From contig CAJXUY010000018.1 in the NCBI GenBank assembly GCA_913060665.1, positions 43,839 through 107,838 on the forward strand: DNA of 64,000 bases, read 5' to 3'. Below the pieces are notes generated by a model. It ran no database searches. It saw only the letters and a list, made by a program, of their open reading frames with translations, and was not told the DNA's origin. A program made the position numbers and the translations under genes. The DNA comes from an uncultured Oleiphilaceae bacterium (lineage in GTDB: Bacteria; Pseudomonadota; Gammaproteobacteria; Pseudomonadales; Oleiphilaceae). Below, piece by piece: positions 10,472-20,739 of the stretch (positions are counted from its first letter, which is position 1; each line of letters opens with the position of its first letter).

Positions 10472-10596
10472 GAAAATCTCCGGTTTTTATTAGCGTTTGA
10501 TAGGCCCTACTCTACGGTTTGTAGTACCTCTTTGAATTGTTTTATATCAACAGTCTAGAGCAAAAACCCAAAAGGCTAATAGGGACTTTGGTTTTT

Positions 10597-10872
10597 TTAC
10601 GCAATTTTAATTCTGACGACGTTCATTATTTCAAATGGTATGCCACCCACTTGTTCGCTACTGGGGTAATAGGTGAGATTGACGCGTGCGCCTTTTAAGT
10701 TTTTATATTGATCTTTGCGCTTAAATTTAAAAGGCACGTTACAGCCTTCTATCATGACGGTATTGATAACCCAGTCGTCGTCATCACGTTGTACGTGGGA
10801 AACGACTTTTTGCATCTCCGAATGAGTAAGATTTTGGTTTTTCTTTAACAGCTTTTGAGGGTCTGATTGCAT
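10597..10872 (-). CDS. Hypothetical protein
   Basis: 91-aa ORF standing alone between intergenic regions. No recognisable motif. Confidence 0.4.
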   Translation of the reverse strand: MQSDPQKLLKKNQNLTHSEMQKVVSHVQRDDDDWVINTVMIEGCNVPFKFKRKDQYKNLKGARVNLTYYPSSEQVGGIPFEIMNVVRIKIA

Positions 10873-11031
10873 TTTATGGTATCTATTTTAGTTACTCTGT
10901 AATGAACGATCAGTGTAGTTGCAATAGAGGGTATCTTGCTAGTGGTGACGTATAGAAAAAGCCTAGAGCATGTGAAAATGTGAACGAGTTTAACCGGAGT
11001 TTATGGACTGTAACGCATAGGCAATGGGTGG

Positions 11032-12036
11032 TTAGTAGAGCGTGATGGTGTCCCATGCTTGCATCAGTATGAATGACCCTTTTGCTTCGTGACTCATATA
11101 ATCTGATAGATCTGTCATTGATTGCGGAATATCATCGATAAGTGAATGAGGGGGAACAAGGGCGTCACCTATGGGTCGCATAAAATTATCCCAGTGTATC
11201 GGTATCACTTTCTTGGCCCCAACGGCTGCGAGTGTTGCGTTAAAATAGTCCTGCTTGAATTGATCAGGTTGTTTGCTTAACCCCGCGATACCCAAAAAAA
11301 CCACATCTGCTTGGTAGGCGTCTAGTAGTCCGTCAATATAGCCACTGCTGGCTTGCACTAAGGCGTTACCTAGCGGGTGTTGTATATGCATCACATAACT
11401 ACCGCCTTCATTGTAGTCTGTAAGCTTAGGTTGTGAGGGGAAAGGGGATGAAATATTTTTGCCATGACCTGTTAGCCAAGCTAAAGGCTTAGGAACAGGG
11501 GTATGCTTAGATTTAATCATGGTAACTTTGAAGTGACCAAAAAGTAGAGATCGCTTTTCATCAACGACCTCTATTTGCGCCTCCGGAAGCCCCGTTGATC
11601 TCGCAATATTGGCAGTAGACTCAGAACCGAATAAAGGCGCATTTGTTAACCTGGCAACTTCTGGTGCATCCATGGCGTGATCGTGATGAGAGTGGGCCAC
11701 CAAAATACCATCGAGTTGAGCGACATTAAGCCGTTTGAGACTAGACTTAATGAGCGGTATGTCTGGCTTAATTGTTCCCTTCATTAGGGTCTTAATAGAT
11801 GGTCGGGTAAAGAATCCATCGATCATAATAGAGCTCTGACCATCTGAGAATAGCAGTGTAGTGGTGCCGATAAATGTGGCTGTGAGTTGCTGAGGGCTGA
11901 CGGAAGGGTTTTCTATCTGATGCCCACTCCCGACAAGGGGGGCTGTCTCGCTATTTAATAGATAAAAGGCAGATGCCATCAAGCCGATAGCCAAGCCACT
12001 AATAATTAAAAGTAACGAGAAAATTCTCCGTATCAT
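11032..12036 (-). CDS. MBL-fold metallo-hydrolase with N-terminal membrane anchor/signal
   Basis: Contains the metallo-beta-lactamase motif HSHHDH (LVAHSHHDHAMD) and an N-terminal hydrophobic segment. Confidence 0.8.
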   Translation of the reverse strand: MIRRIFSLLLIISGLAIGLMASAFYLLNSETAPLVGSGHQIENPSVSPQQLTATFIGTTTLLFSDGQSSIMIDGFFTRPSIKTLMKGTIKPDIPLIKSSLKRLNVAQLDGILVAHSHHDHAMDAPEVARLTNAPLFGSESTANIARSTGLPEAQIEVVDEKRSLLFGHFKVTMIKSKHTPVPKPLAWLTGHGKNISSPFPSQPKLTDYNEGGSYVMHIQHPLGNALVQASSGYIDGLLDAYQADVVFLGIAGLSKQPDQFKQDYFNATLAAVGAKKVIPIHWDNFMRPIGDALVPPHSLIDDIPQSMTDLSDYMSHEAKGSFILMQAWDTITLY

Positions 12037-12119
12037 AATCTCTTCCTTGAATTAAGCCTTAGTATCTAAAGGCTACGTATACTTTGTTTCATCTTAATAA
12101 CCATTTTAAGAAATGGTTA

Positions 12120-13535
12120 TCATCGGTGTATTTTTCGCCAAGGTTTTGCTAGCTCTATTTCATAAGCGATTTCTAGTAGCATTTTTTCTTGCCCGTATCC
12201 TGCCATAAATTGCACCGAAATAGGTAGGTTATCGTCGGATTCCCCCATTGGCAATGATAATGCAGGTCCGCCAGATGTGTTTGCCCAAGGCGTGAAGCTA
12301 ACATATTGCATCAGCCGACTAAACAGCTCCTCAAACGGCACGTTAGGGCTAATATGGCCTAGTTTTGGCGTAGTATGTGCAAGCACAGGCGTTAAAATCA
12401 GGTCATAATGGGTGAAGGACTCGGCGTAACGTCGCTGTGTTTGCTTAAGTCGGTACAGGAACTGGGGCGTTTTGTGATAGTTCTTTTTGAACAGCCCTGC
12501 CAGCCCGATACTTAGGTTATCCAGTTTATCAGATCTAAAGCTGCGATCGATGACGATTTTACCGGTTTTCTGGGTCATAAATGCTAACATTGACCAGTAT
12601 AGGCCGAAGTCTTCAATAAATGTCTTGGGTATCGGCATCGACATCTCTTCTATATGGTGTCCCATATCGCTGAGCAAGTTTGCAGTATCTCTTACGGTTT
12701 CACGGGTTTGTTCATCGGTGTCGTGCCTGGTGATAGAATCAATAATCATACCGATTCGCAGCCGTTTACCACTCGGCCTTTCGACTAACCCTATTTCTGG
12801 CAAGCGTTTATTGCGATAGTACTTTTCAGCTTCGGCATGGAAGTAAGCGGTATCTCGCACGGAGCGACTAACAATGCCTTCGCTAAGGATATTTATGGGT
12901 AGTAACTTGGCCTGAACTGAGTCTACATGCCGTCCTCTACTGGGTTTTAACCCAACCAAGCCACAGCAAGCGGCTGGAATGCGTATTGAGCCTCCGCCAT
13001 CATTTGCATGAGCAATAGGCACTACTCCTGCTGAAACCAGTGCGGCAGAGCCTCCCGAAGAGGCGCCTGTGGAATAGTCAATATTCCAAGGGTTGCGAGT
13101 CGGGGCTCTGTGTACAGGTTCTGTGGTGGCATTTAGTCCAAACTCTGGCAGTGTGCTTTTACCCAGAACCGAAAAACCCAAATCGATGTATTGCCGTGTA
13201 TAAGGGCCGTGTTTTTTTTCAGGTTTGGCACGAATAGCATCGGAGCCGTGGCGTGTGGGTAGTCCCTTGACCGGCATATTATCTTTAATAAATGTTGGGA
13301 CACCGGCGAAATATCCGCGCTCTAAAGTGGTAGCTTGGGAGGCTGCTTTATCAAAGCATTCAGTGGCGATAGCATTAATATGAGGTTCCATTTTACAGGC
13401 TCGGGCAATGGCCGCTTCGGTCACCTCTTTGTTGCTGAGGGCTTTTGATTTCAGTAACTTGGCTATCTCAACGGCATCATGGTCCGCTAAGACATCATCA
13501 CAAAAGGCGTGGTAACTGTTTTTATTATTTATCAC
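12120..13535 (-). CDS. Amidase (amidase-signature family)
   Basis: AS-family Gly/Ser-rich motif GASSGGSAALVSAG...NDGGGSIRIPAACCGLVGLKPSRG. The track ORF extends to 13763, only 6 bp from the divergent nnrS start. That extra N-terminal 76 aa has no amidase-like sequence. A GTG at 13535 gives a typical 471-aa product. The start is uncertain. Confidence 0.8.
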   Translation of the reverse strand: MINNKNSYHAFCDDVLADHDAVEIAKLLKSKALSNKEVTEAAIARACKMEPHINAIATECFDKAASQATTLERGYFAGVPTFIKDNMPVKGLPTRHGSDAIRAKPEKKHGPYTRQYIDLGFSVLGKSTLPEFGLNATTEPVHRAPTRNPWNIDYSTGASSGGSAALVSAGVVPIAHANDGGGSIRIPAACCGLVGLKPSRGRHVDSVQAKLLPINILSEGIVSRSVRDTAYFHAEAEKYYRNKRLPEIGLVERPSGKRLRIGMIIDSITRHDTDEQTRETVRDTANLLSDMGHHIEEMSMPIPKTFIEDFGLYWSMLAFMTQKTGKIVIDRSFRSDKLDNLSIGLAGLFKKNYHKTPQFLYRLKQTQRRYAESFTHYDLILTPVLAHTTPKLGHISPNVPFEELFSRLMQYVSFTPWANTSGGPALSLPMGESDDNLPISVQFMAGYGQEKMLLEIAYEIELAKPWRKIHR

Positions 13536-13769
13536 ATTGACTCGCTGGGTTGTAGAATAGTGAGTAGTAATGGCTTTTATATGGCGTGTTAAGCCATGCT
13601 GGATAGTTACTAATACGAATAAATAAGCTGGTCGGGCTTGATCTATCCCATTTAAATTATTTAGCGATTGAGGCAAAATCACCCACTCTTTTATAAGAGT
13701 GTCCTCTGGCGTGTAGTGTATGTCATTCGGAACGACTGTTATTTGTAAGATAATACGGATCAACCAACG

Positions 13770-14972
13770 ATGTCTAATGTAGATAATATGAATGCCGAAA
13801 TGGCAATCACTCCTATTTTGCGGTTAGCGTTCAGGCCCCTGTTTTTAGGCGGTACGCTGTTCTCCATTATTGCTATCGGCTGGTGGGCTTACTTCTGGGT
13901 CTCGCCGTTTAACTGGCAACCTTATGGTGGGCCGATTTGGTGGCACGGTCATGAGATGCTCTTTGGATTTGGTTCGGCCATCATTGTTGGCTTTTTGTTA
14001 ACCGCTGTTCAGACTTGGACTGGAGTGCCTGGGGTAAAGGGACGTAAACTTGCTGTATTGGCCGGGTCTTGGCTTGTGGGTCGGTTGCTAATTACATTTG
14101 GTATGGCACTGCCTGGCTGGGTAGTTGCCATTGGAGATTTGAGCTTTCTACTGTTAAGCGCATTAGCAATGGCTTATCCGGTTATAAAGGCAAAGCAGTG
14201 GCAAAATCTAATGTTTGTGCCCATTTTACTTGTGTTAATGTTATTAAATGCGGTTAGTCACTGGGGGGCGTTAACGGATAACGCATTGGTTGCCCTCCAC
14301 TCTTTACATGGTGCTACCTTATTGATCGCACTAGTAATCACTATTATTGGTGGTAGGGTTATCCCTTTCTTTACCTCCAATGCATCTGAGTACACTCGAC
14401 TCCCTAATATTGGATGGCTTGATGTCTTAAGTATTGGCAGTATTATCGCGCTGGTGGCGGTGGCATTTATCGGGTTTTCTGTAGTACCTACGTTATTATT
14501 GGGTGCCCTGAGCTTGTTAGCCGCAGTATCTAATGGCTGGAGATTCTTACGCTGGGGTATCGTGCATACGCTTAATACTCCGCTGTTGTGGTCGCTTCAT
14601 TTCTCTTACGTGTTTGTGCCTGTCGGTATGGTTGCGTTGTTTTTATTCAGCATTGGCTGGGTTTCTAACCTTAGTGTTGCGTTGCACTGCTTTACAGTAG
14701 GTGCTATGGGCGGCATGATTCTGGCTATGATATCAAGAGTCACGCTTGGACATACTGGGCGAAAACTTCAGCCTCCAAAACTGATGACTTTAGGGTATAT
14801 GTGTATTTTGGCTGCCGCTGCGATGAGAGTGTTATTGCCTGGGTTGTTTCCATGGTTTACAAACTGGGGCATTGTGGGGGCAGCTGTATTATGGTGTGTG
14901 GCATACAGCATTTACCTTTTCTATTACGGGCCGATGTTGATGTCTACCAGAGCGGATGGCCGTCCGGGATAG
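13770..14972 (+). CDS. nnrS: NnrS family heme-copper membrane protein (NO-stress associated)
   Basis: 400-aa polytopic protein. The N-terminus ...PILRLAFRPLFLGGTLFSIIAIGWWAYFW and the WWHGHEMLFGF motif are characteristic of NnrS. Confidence 0.85.
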   Translation: MSNVDNMNAEMAITPILRLAFRPLFLGGTLFSIIAIGWWAYFWVSPFNWQPYGGPIWWHGHEMLFGFGSAIIVGFLLTAVQTWTGVPGVKGRKLAVLAGSWLVGRLLITFGMALPGWVVAIGDLSFLLLSALAMAYPVIKAKQWQNLMFVPILLVLMLLNAVSHWGALTDNALVALHSLHGATLLIALVITIIGGRVIPFFTSNASEYTRLPNIGWLDVLSIGSIIALVAVAFIGFSVVPTLLLGALSLLAAVSNGWRFLRWGIVHTLNTPLLWSLHFSYVFVPVGMVALFLFSIGWVSNLSVALHCFTVGAMGGMILAMISRVTLGHTGRKLQPPKLMTLGYMCILAAAAMRVLLPGLFPWFTNWGIVGAAVLWCVAYSIYLFYYGPMLMSTRADGRPG

Positions 14973-15060
14973 AGCCTGACTCTAATCAAGTACAGGTTGT
15001 CTATTGACCTCTATTATCGTCTGATGTTTATAAATTGATAGCCAATATAGAGGTAAGTGT

Positions 15061-15150
15061 ATGAGTTGTTGTGGAGGATGTGGCGGTGAAAGCAGTGATG
15101 CAACAAAAGGTACTGAAAAAGATAAAGAAAAGGATCAGGACAAAAAGTAA
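15061..15150 (+). CDS. Cys-rich micro-protein (29 aa), MSCCGGCGGESSDATKGTEKDKEKDQDKK
   Basis: Not in the track because it is under 60 aa. An AGAGG RBS lies 7 nt upstream of the ATG. It sits 88 bp downstream of nnrS and is followed by a 12-bp hairpin. The N-terminus carries a CCxxC cluster and the tail is highly charged. Confidence 0.45.
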   Translation: MSCCGGCGGESSDATKGTEKDKEKDQDKK

Positions 15151-15163
15151 CGTTAGAGAACAT

Positions 15164-15195
15164 TAAACAATATGGTCAGTACTCCATATTGTTTA
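15164..15195 (+). terminator. Strong hairpin after the micro-ORF
   Basis: TAAACAATATGG / CCATATTGTTTA forms a perfect 12-bp stem with the 8-nt loop TCAGTACT. There is no clear T-tract. Confidence 0.5.
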
Positions 15196-15441
15196 GCCAA
15201 AAAACCGGTTGATGCCGATTTTTTGTGCTTAGAACGGGTAAAAATCGCTAGATTGTTTCAAATTCTGCTTGTTTTATCTATTGGATTCTAGGCTATAAGT
15301 ATTCATAAGGCCTATTCAGTAGCCATTTAAACATCATGACAAAACTGTATTGAGCGTATTTTCTGGTCTCATCAGCAAAATTTAGCTAAAATCAACATCT
15401 TGTTTGAGTCGAACCAATTAGATGTCAAAGGCGGAATGTGA

Positions 15442-16923
15442 ATGGCTGTAAAAACTGCAGATGTATTGTTGGTCGGAGGCGGTGTGATGAGCGCCACGTT
15501 AGGCATGATGCTTACGCAACTGGACCCATCATTAAAGATTATTATGGTGGAACGGTTAGATCATGTCGCTCATGAAAGTACTCATGGGTGGAACAATGCA
15601 GGTACCGGTCATGCAGGTTATTGCGAGCTTAATTATACGCCACAGGCCGACGATGGCAGTGTCGAAATTGACCGGGCTCAGGCGATCAATGCCTCATTTG
15701 AAGTGACCCTCCAGTTCTGGTCTTATTTGGTTAAGAGGAGGATTCTTCCTACACCGGGCCATTTTATCAACTCTGTACCTCATCAAAGTTTTGTTTGGGG
15801 TGAAAAAGATGTTGAATTTCTACGTAAACGTTTTGAGCTGATGCAGGCTCATCACCTTTTTAAAGATATGGAATACAGTGATGATCCTCGAAAACTGAAC
15901 GAATGGATGCCATTGGCAATGAGTCAACGAGACCCTATGCAGCCGGTTGCTGCAACACGCGTTGAGTATGGGGCAGATGTGGATTTTGGTTCATTGACGC
16001 GAAATATGGTGGATAACCTTAAGACCAACCCCAACTTCGAGTTACTGATGAATAACCCGGTTACTCGCATTAAACAGCAAGATAGTGGTCGCTGGTCGGT
16101 TCGTATTAATGAAAAACATACCAAAATTGTTAAGACCATTGATGCAGGGTTTGTGTTTTTGGGTGCTGGCGGCGGCGCGCTCCCACTGCTACAGAAGTCT
16201 GGAATTCCAGAACGAAAAGGATATGGCGGTTTCCCCGTAAGTGGTCAATGGTTGGTTTGTACCAAGCCTGAAGTAGTCCAGCAGCATAGCTCAAAAGCCT
16301 ATGGGAAAGCGCCGATTGGTGCGCCACCTATGTCGGTTCCTCACCTTGATACTCGGATTATTAATGGTAAGCCGGCTTTGTTATTCGGACCTTTTGCAGG
16401 GTTCACGACTAAGTTTTTGAAAAAGGGCTCTAAGTTAGACCTTTTTGGCTCGGTTAAAGGCAATAATCTTGCTCCGATGATGTCTGTGGGTGCCAATAAT
16501 ATGGATTTGACCCGCTATCTGATTGGTGAGGCTTTTCAGTCTCATCAAGAACGTGTTGCCGCACTGCGTAATTTCTACCCCGAAGCGAAAGAAGACGATT
16601 GGAAATTAGCTAAAGCGGGTCAGAGAGTGCAAATTATTAAGAAAGATGACAGCGGTAAAGGTAAGCTTGAATTTGGGACCGAGCTAGTTGCTTCGGCAGA
16701 CGGGACTCTTGCGGCTTTACTGGGTGCATCTCCTGGAGCTTCGACAGCAGTTCAGGCAATGGTCGATGTGATCGAACGTTGTTTTAAAGGTCGTCTTGAA
16801 GACCAGAGTTGGAAAACGAAAATGAAGGAGATGATTCCTTCCTACGGGCAATCGCTAATTGATGATGCTGCCTTATTGAAAACGACCCGAGAAACAACCT
16901 TGGCGACCCTGAAGCTGGTGTAA
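15442..16923 (+). CDS. mqo: Malate:quinone oxidoreductase
   Basis: 493 aa. FAD-binding N-terminus DVLLVGGGVMSATLG, plus GWNNAGTGHAGYCELNYTP typical of Mqo. Confidence 0.93.
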   Translation: MAVKTADVLLVGGGVMSATLGMMLTQLDPSLKIIMVERLDHVAHESTHGWNNAGTGHAGYCELNYTPQADDGSVEIDRAQAINASFEVTLQFWSYLVKRRILPTPGHFINSVPHQSFVWGEKDVEFLRKRFELMQAHHLFKDMEYSDDPRKLNEWMPLAMSQRDPMQPVAATRVEYGADVDFGSLTRNMVDNLKTNPNFELLMNNPVTRIKQQDSGRWSVRINEKHTKIVKTIDAGFVFLGAGGGALPLLQKSGIPERKGYGGFPVSGQWLVCTKPEVVQQHSSKAYGKAPIGAPPMSVPHLDTRIINGKPALLFGPFAGFTTKFLKKGSKLDLFGSVKGNNLAPMMSVGANNMDLTRYLIGEAFQSHQERVAALRNFYPEAKEDDWKLAKAGQRVQIIKKDDSGKGKLEFGTELVASADGTLAALLGASPGASTAVQAMVDVIERCFKGRLEDQSWKTKMKEMIPSYGQSLIDDAALLKTTRETTLATLKLV

Positions 16924-16980
16924 ACTGGATTAATTCGCCATGAAAATAAACTAACCAGTAATAATTAGGCGAACGACTTT

Positions 16981-17619
16981 ATGCATTTAAAAACCATAGT
17001 GACTTTAGTCATATTGCTTCTATCTGTTAGTGCCCATGCTCGGTATGTTAAAGACCGCGCGGGAAGTTGGGAAGCCACTTTGCTGGCGAAGCATCAGGGA
17101 GAGGACACAATTGCCAGTAAAAACGGTTCAACAACTGAGTTTGCTGATAATACCGGGTGGGGTTTTAGCCTTGGTTATAACATGAATAATCACTGGAATT
17201 TTGCATGGGAATTTTCCCACAACAATCCTAAATACAAAGCCCAGTATACCGACTCCAATGGTGATGCTAAGACACTGAGCCATCGTAGTGATTTTTATAC
17301 CAACAACTTCAATGTAACGTTTCATCTACTTGAAGGGAGTATAACGCCTTATGCCGTTTTAGGTGGCGGTTTTACTTACGTGGACTCTAATGTGAGTAAT
17401 GGCGAGTATTATTGCAGTGGCTACTATTACTGGTATTGTTATTCCAACTCATACAATACTACAGAGTGGTCATATAATGGGGCCCTTGGCCTGAGAGCTG
17501 ATATCACCTCGAATGTATTTATTAGAGGCAGTTATGGCTACCAAAAAGTGGATATGGGGTCTGGCAGCAATAAGTCTGATGCCACTATTACTCGTTTTGA
17601 GGCCGGATTACGGTTCTAA
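16981..17619 (+). CDS. Outer-membrane beta-barrel protein (OmpA-beta-barrel/OmpW-like)
   Basis: Signal peptide ...LLLSVSAHA, alternating beta-strand pattern, and a C-terminal aromatic residue (...RFEAGLRF). Confidence 0.7.
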   Translation: MHLKTIVTLVILLLSVSAHARYVKDRAGSWEATLLAKHQGEDTIASKNGSTTEFADNTGWGFSLGYNMNNHWNFAWEFSHNNPKYKAQYTDSNGDAKTLSHRSDFYTNNFNVTFHLLEGSITPYAVLGGGFTYVDSNVSNGEYYCSGYYYWYCYSNSYNTTEWSYNGALGLRADITSNVFIRGSYGYQKVDMGSGSNKSDATITRFEAGLRF

Positions 17620-17641
17620 AACCCAACAAGAGATAGTTGCT

Positions 17642-18301
17642 GTGTCCTATTTGCCAACGATAGAAATAGAACCAAAAACAAAAGCCGACGCTTCGGTGAT
17701 TTGGTTGCATGGACTCGGCGCCAGTGGGCATGACTTTGAGCCTATCGTGCCTGAGCTCAACTTGCCTGATACCGCAGCTATCCGCTTTATCCTTCCGCAC
17801 GCACCCTCTATCCCAGTCACCGTTAACGGCGGCTACGTTATGCCTGCCTGGTACGATATTCTGGAAATGAATATTGATCGCACAATCGATGAGGCGCAAT
17901 TGCTGCAATCTGCTGCTGAAGTTCATAAACTCATTCAGCGAGAACGAGAGCGTGGTATTCCCAGCGAACGTATTATCATTGTAGGTTTCTCCCAAGGGGG
18001 GGCCGTTGGATATCATGCAGCGCTAACGTATCCAGAAAAACTGGGCGGGCTTTTAGGGCTATCGACTTATTTTGCTACCGCTCAAACCATTGCACCTAAC
18101 CCTGTCAATAAGAGTATACCGATCAAGGTATATCATGGTGCGTTGGACCCAGTGGTGCCAGAGACTTTGGGGCGGAAAGGGTATGAAGATATACTGGCAA
18201 TGGGCTTTCAGGCAGACTATATGACCTACCCAATGGAACATCAGGTGTGCCTTGAACAAATAGAGGATATTTCTAGCTGGTTGCAGAAGCGGTTACTTTA
18301 A
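17642..18301 (+). CDS. Carboxylesterase/phospholipase family alpha/beta hydrolase
   Basis: ASVIWLHGLGASGHDF and the nucleophile elbow GFSQGG. The track ORF starts at 17513, inside the preceding gene. A GTG at 17642 (VSYLPTIEIEPK...) removes the overlap and gives the usual length of about 220 aa. Confidence 0.8.
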   Translation: MSYLPTIEIEPKTKADASVIWLHGLGASGHDFEPIVPELNLPDTAAIRFILPHAPSIPVTVNGGYVMPAWYDILEMNIDRTIDEAQLLQSAAEVHKLIQRERERGIPSERIIIVGFSQGGAVGYHAALTYPEKLGGLLGLSTYFATAQTIAPNPVNKSIPIKVYHGALDPVVPETLGRKGYEDILAMGFQADYMTYPMEHQVCLEQIEDISSWLQKRLL

Positions 18302-18608
18302 AGTAACCATGGCCGTATTTTTGCGTCTATTTATTTGAGCGTTTTGATCATTGAGCCGCGACCGCTTTGTTTCATGCTAGGGTCACTAATTTACAGGTCT
18401 CGTTTAATTGAATGGCTACGTTCAGATATTTTTAGAATGCATGGCTATATTGAGTTGTATCTTAATGGAACATGGGTAAAAGCGCCTCTGTTATGCCAGT
18501 ATCGGGTAATATGGAATCTGAACTATAAATATTGATGTTTTTTTCAAAAAACTGAGCAAAATCTGAACAGCGTAATATACTTAGGAAACCTAAACTTCAA
18601 TTATAAGA

Positions 18609-18842
18609 ATGAGGCTCCTTATGGAAAAGCAAACCTCTAGTTGGTTGGATGAGTTCGGTGATTATATTTCTGGCGGCTTAACCGCGCTGTTGTGTCTTGA
18701 TCTCGGAATGTTCTTTATACATATCATGTTAGAACGTACTACAGACGGTTATGGTCTGAATACATTGCCATTCATTATTGTTGCATTAGTGCTGTTTCAT
18801 ATTGAACGAATGTATCGGAAGCAAACAGAGCTAGATCATTGA
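18609..18842 (+). CDS. Hypothetical small membrane protein
   Basis: 77-aa ORF with two hydrophobic segments. No recognisable family. Confidence 0.35.
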   Translation: MRLLMEKQTSSWLDEFGDYISGGLTALLCLDLGMFFIHIMLERTTDGYGLNTLPFIIVALVLFHIERMYRKQTELDH

Positions 18843-18882
18843 TATTCTTCTTTTATAGGGTGCTCCACGCGCACCCCACTGA

Positions 18883-20553
18883 TTAAGCCACAGCTTGTTT
18901 CGTTTCGATCATAAATTGGTTGGTAGCGCTTAAAATTGCATTCAATGAGGCGGTGACGATATCTTCGTGAATCGCAACGCCGTAGTAATGTTGGCCCTCT
19001 ATATTCACCTGTAAGTAAGAGATAGCGTCGGCATCGCTTCCTTTCTGCATCGCATGCTCACTATATTCTTGAATACTGATTTTAAAACCATATTGTTGAT
19101 GTAGGGCCTGTGCAAATGCATCTATTACACCGTGCCCTTCGCCTGATATTTCGATAGTATCATCATCTACCAATAACTGTGCATTCACATGATCATGGGT
19201 AGTGCGTTTAAGATCGAAAGCCCCCAAGTGAATAGGCGTTTGATGATCAACATAGACTTCATTAAATAGTTGCCACATTGCTTCTGGAGAGACCTCACCA
19301 CCGTTAAGCTCTGCTTGGCCCTGCACTACACTACTAAACGCAATTTGTAACCAGCGTGGAAGCTGAACGCCATACTGTTGCTCGAGCGTATAGGCGATAC
19401 CGCCCTTACCTGATTGTGAGTTAACGCGAATTACTTCCTGATAGCTTCTGCCTAAGTCGGTAGGGTCTATCGGTAAATAAGCGACTTCCCAGGGTTGGCC
19501 GGGTGTGTAAATATCCAGACATTTTTTGATCGCATCTTGGTGACTACCTGAAAACGCGGTATACACTAGCTCTCCTGCGTATGGATGCCTTGGGTGGACT
19601 GGTAATTGGGTGCAAGTTTTGACTACCCGCACAATCTCGTCCATATCGGCCAAATATAACTCGGGGTTAATGCCTTGGCTGTATAGGTTCATTGCCATGG
19701 TAACGATATCCATATTACCTGTGCGCTCACCGTTACCCAGCATCGTGCCTTCAACCCGTTGGGCGCCAGCCATGACGGCTAATTCGGCCGCGGCAACACC
19801 ACAGCCACGATCGTTATGGGTGTGGACACTTACAATGATCGCTTCTCGACGTTGAACATGGCTGCAGAACCACTCAATTTGATCTGCAAACACATTGGGC
19901 GTTGCCATCTCTACGGTTGCAGGCAAGTTGATAATCGCTGGTTTTTCTGTCGTGGGTTGCCAGACCGACGTGACTGCATCAACGACCTCGACCGCGAAGT
20001 CTAATTCAGTCCCCGTAAAGCTTTCAGGCGAGTACTGGTATACCCATTCTGTTTCAGGGTTTTGTTCTGCCAACTCCTTAACTTTGCTTGCACCGTTAAC
20101 AGCAATATCAATGATCCCTTGTTTGTCTAATTTAAATACCTGCTCTCGCTGCACGGTTGAAGTGGAATTGTATACATGAACAACCGCTCGTCTAGAGCCT
20201 TTTAAAGACTTAAAGGTTCGTTCAATTAATTCAGGGCGCGCCTGAGTCAGTACTTGCAAGGTCACGTCGTCGGGTACCTGATTTTCTTCAATTAACCATC
20301 GAACAAAGTCAAAGTCTGGTTGTGATGCAGCAGGAAATCCAACCTCTATTTCTTTGAAACCCACTTTAACTAACAATGCGAAGAGTATCTGTTTTTGATT
20401 AACTGACATAGGCTCAATCAGCGCTTGGTTGCCATCACGTAGGTCAACACTACACCAGCTAGGTGCTTGTGTAATAATCTGATCAGGCCATGTGCGACTG
20501 GCCATTTTTACGGGGGCAACGGGGCGATATTTTTGGTGATTGAACCCTGGCAT
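18883..20553 (-). CDS. leuA: 2-isopropylmalate synthase (long form)
   Basis: 556 aa. WCSVDLRDGNQAL and HTHNDRGCGVAAAELA motifs plus a C-terminal LeuA dimerisation/regulatory domain. Confidence 0.93.
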   Translation of the reverse strand: MPGFNHQKYRPVAPVKMASRTWPDQIITQAPSWCSVDLRDGNQALIEPMSVNQKQILFALLVKVGFKEIEVGFPAASQPDFDFVRWLIEENQVPDDVTLQVLTQARPELIERTFKSLKGSRRAVVHVYNSTSTVQREQVFKLDKQGIIDIAVNGASKVKELAEQNPETEWVYQYSPESFTGTELDFAVEVVDAVTSVWQPTTEKPAIINLPATVEMATPNVFADQIEWFCSHVQRREAIIVSVHTHNDRGCGVAAAELAVMAGAQRVEGTMLGNGERTGNMDIVTMAMNLYSQGINPELYLADMDEIVRVVKTCTQLPVHPRHPYAGELVYTAFSGSHQDAIKKCLDIYTPGQPWEVAYLPIDPTDLGRSYQEVIRVNSQSGKGGIAYTLEQQYGVQLPRWLQIAFSSVVQGQAELNGGEVSPEAMWQLFNEVYVDHQTPIHLGAFDLKRTTHDHVNAQLLVDDDTIEISGEGHGVIDAFAQALHQQYGFKISIQEYSEHAMQKGSDADAISYLQVNIEGQHYYGVAIHEDIVTASLNAILSATNQFMIETKQAVA

Positions 20554-20739
20554 GTTGGGCTACTCCTGTATTGACGTGTTGAGATAAAATTATAGAGCTA
20601 TTTGTGAGGGGAAAGATTGCAAATTGACCCTATAATTTGATGTTATTAGTCGTTTAGTGCTAACTAATTAGTTAAAATTAGATATATATTGCTTATATGT
20701 GTTTTTAGTTGGCGACTATTTATCTAAAAGAGGTTTGTT

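Noticed and set aside
18335-18535. 66-aa ORF with MHGYIELYLNGTWVKA, faintly like the H-x-W-x-E-V-Y-L-x-G-x-W strand of transglutaminase-like cysteine proteases (possible relic)
   Set aside because: The similarity covers only about 16 residues, the putative Cys-motif region does not align cleanly, and the start is TTG with no RBS. The evidence is insufficient without a database search.
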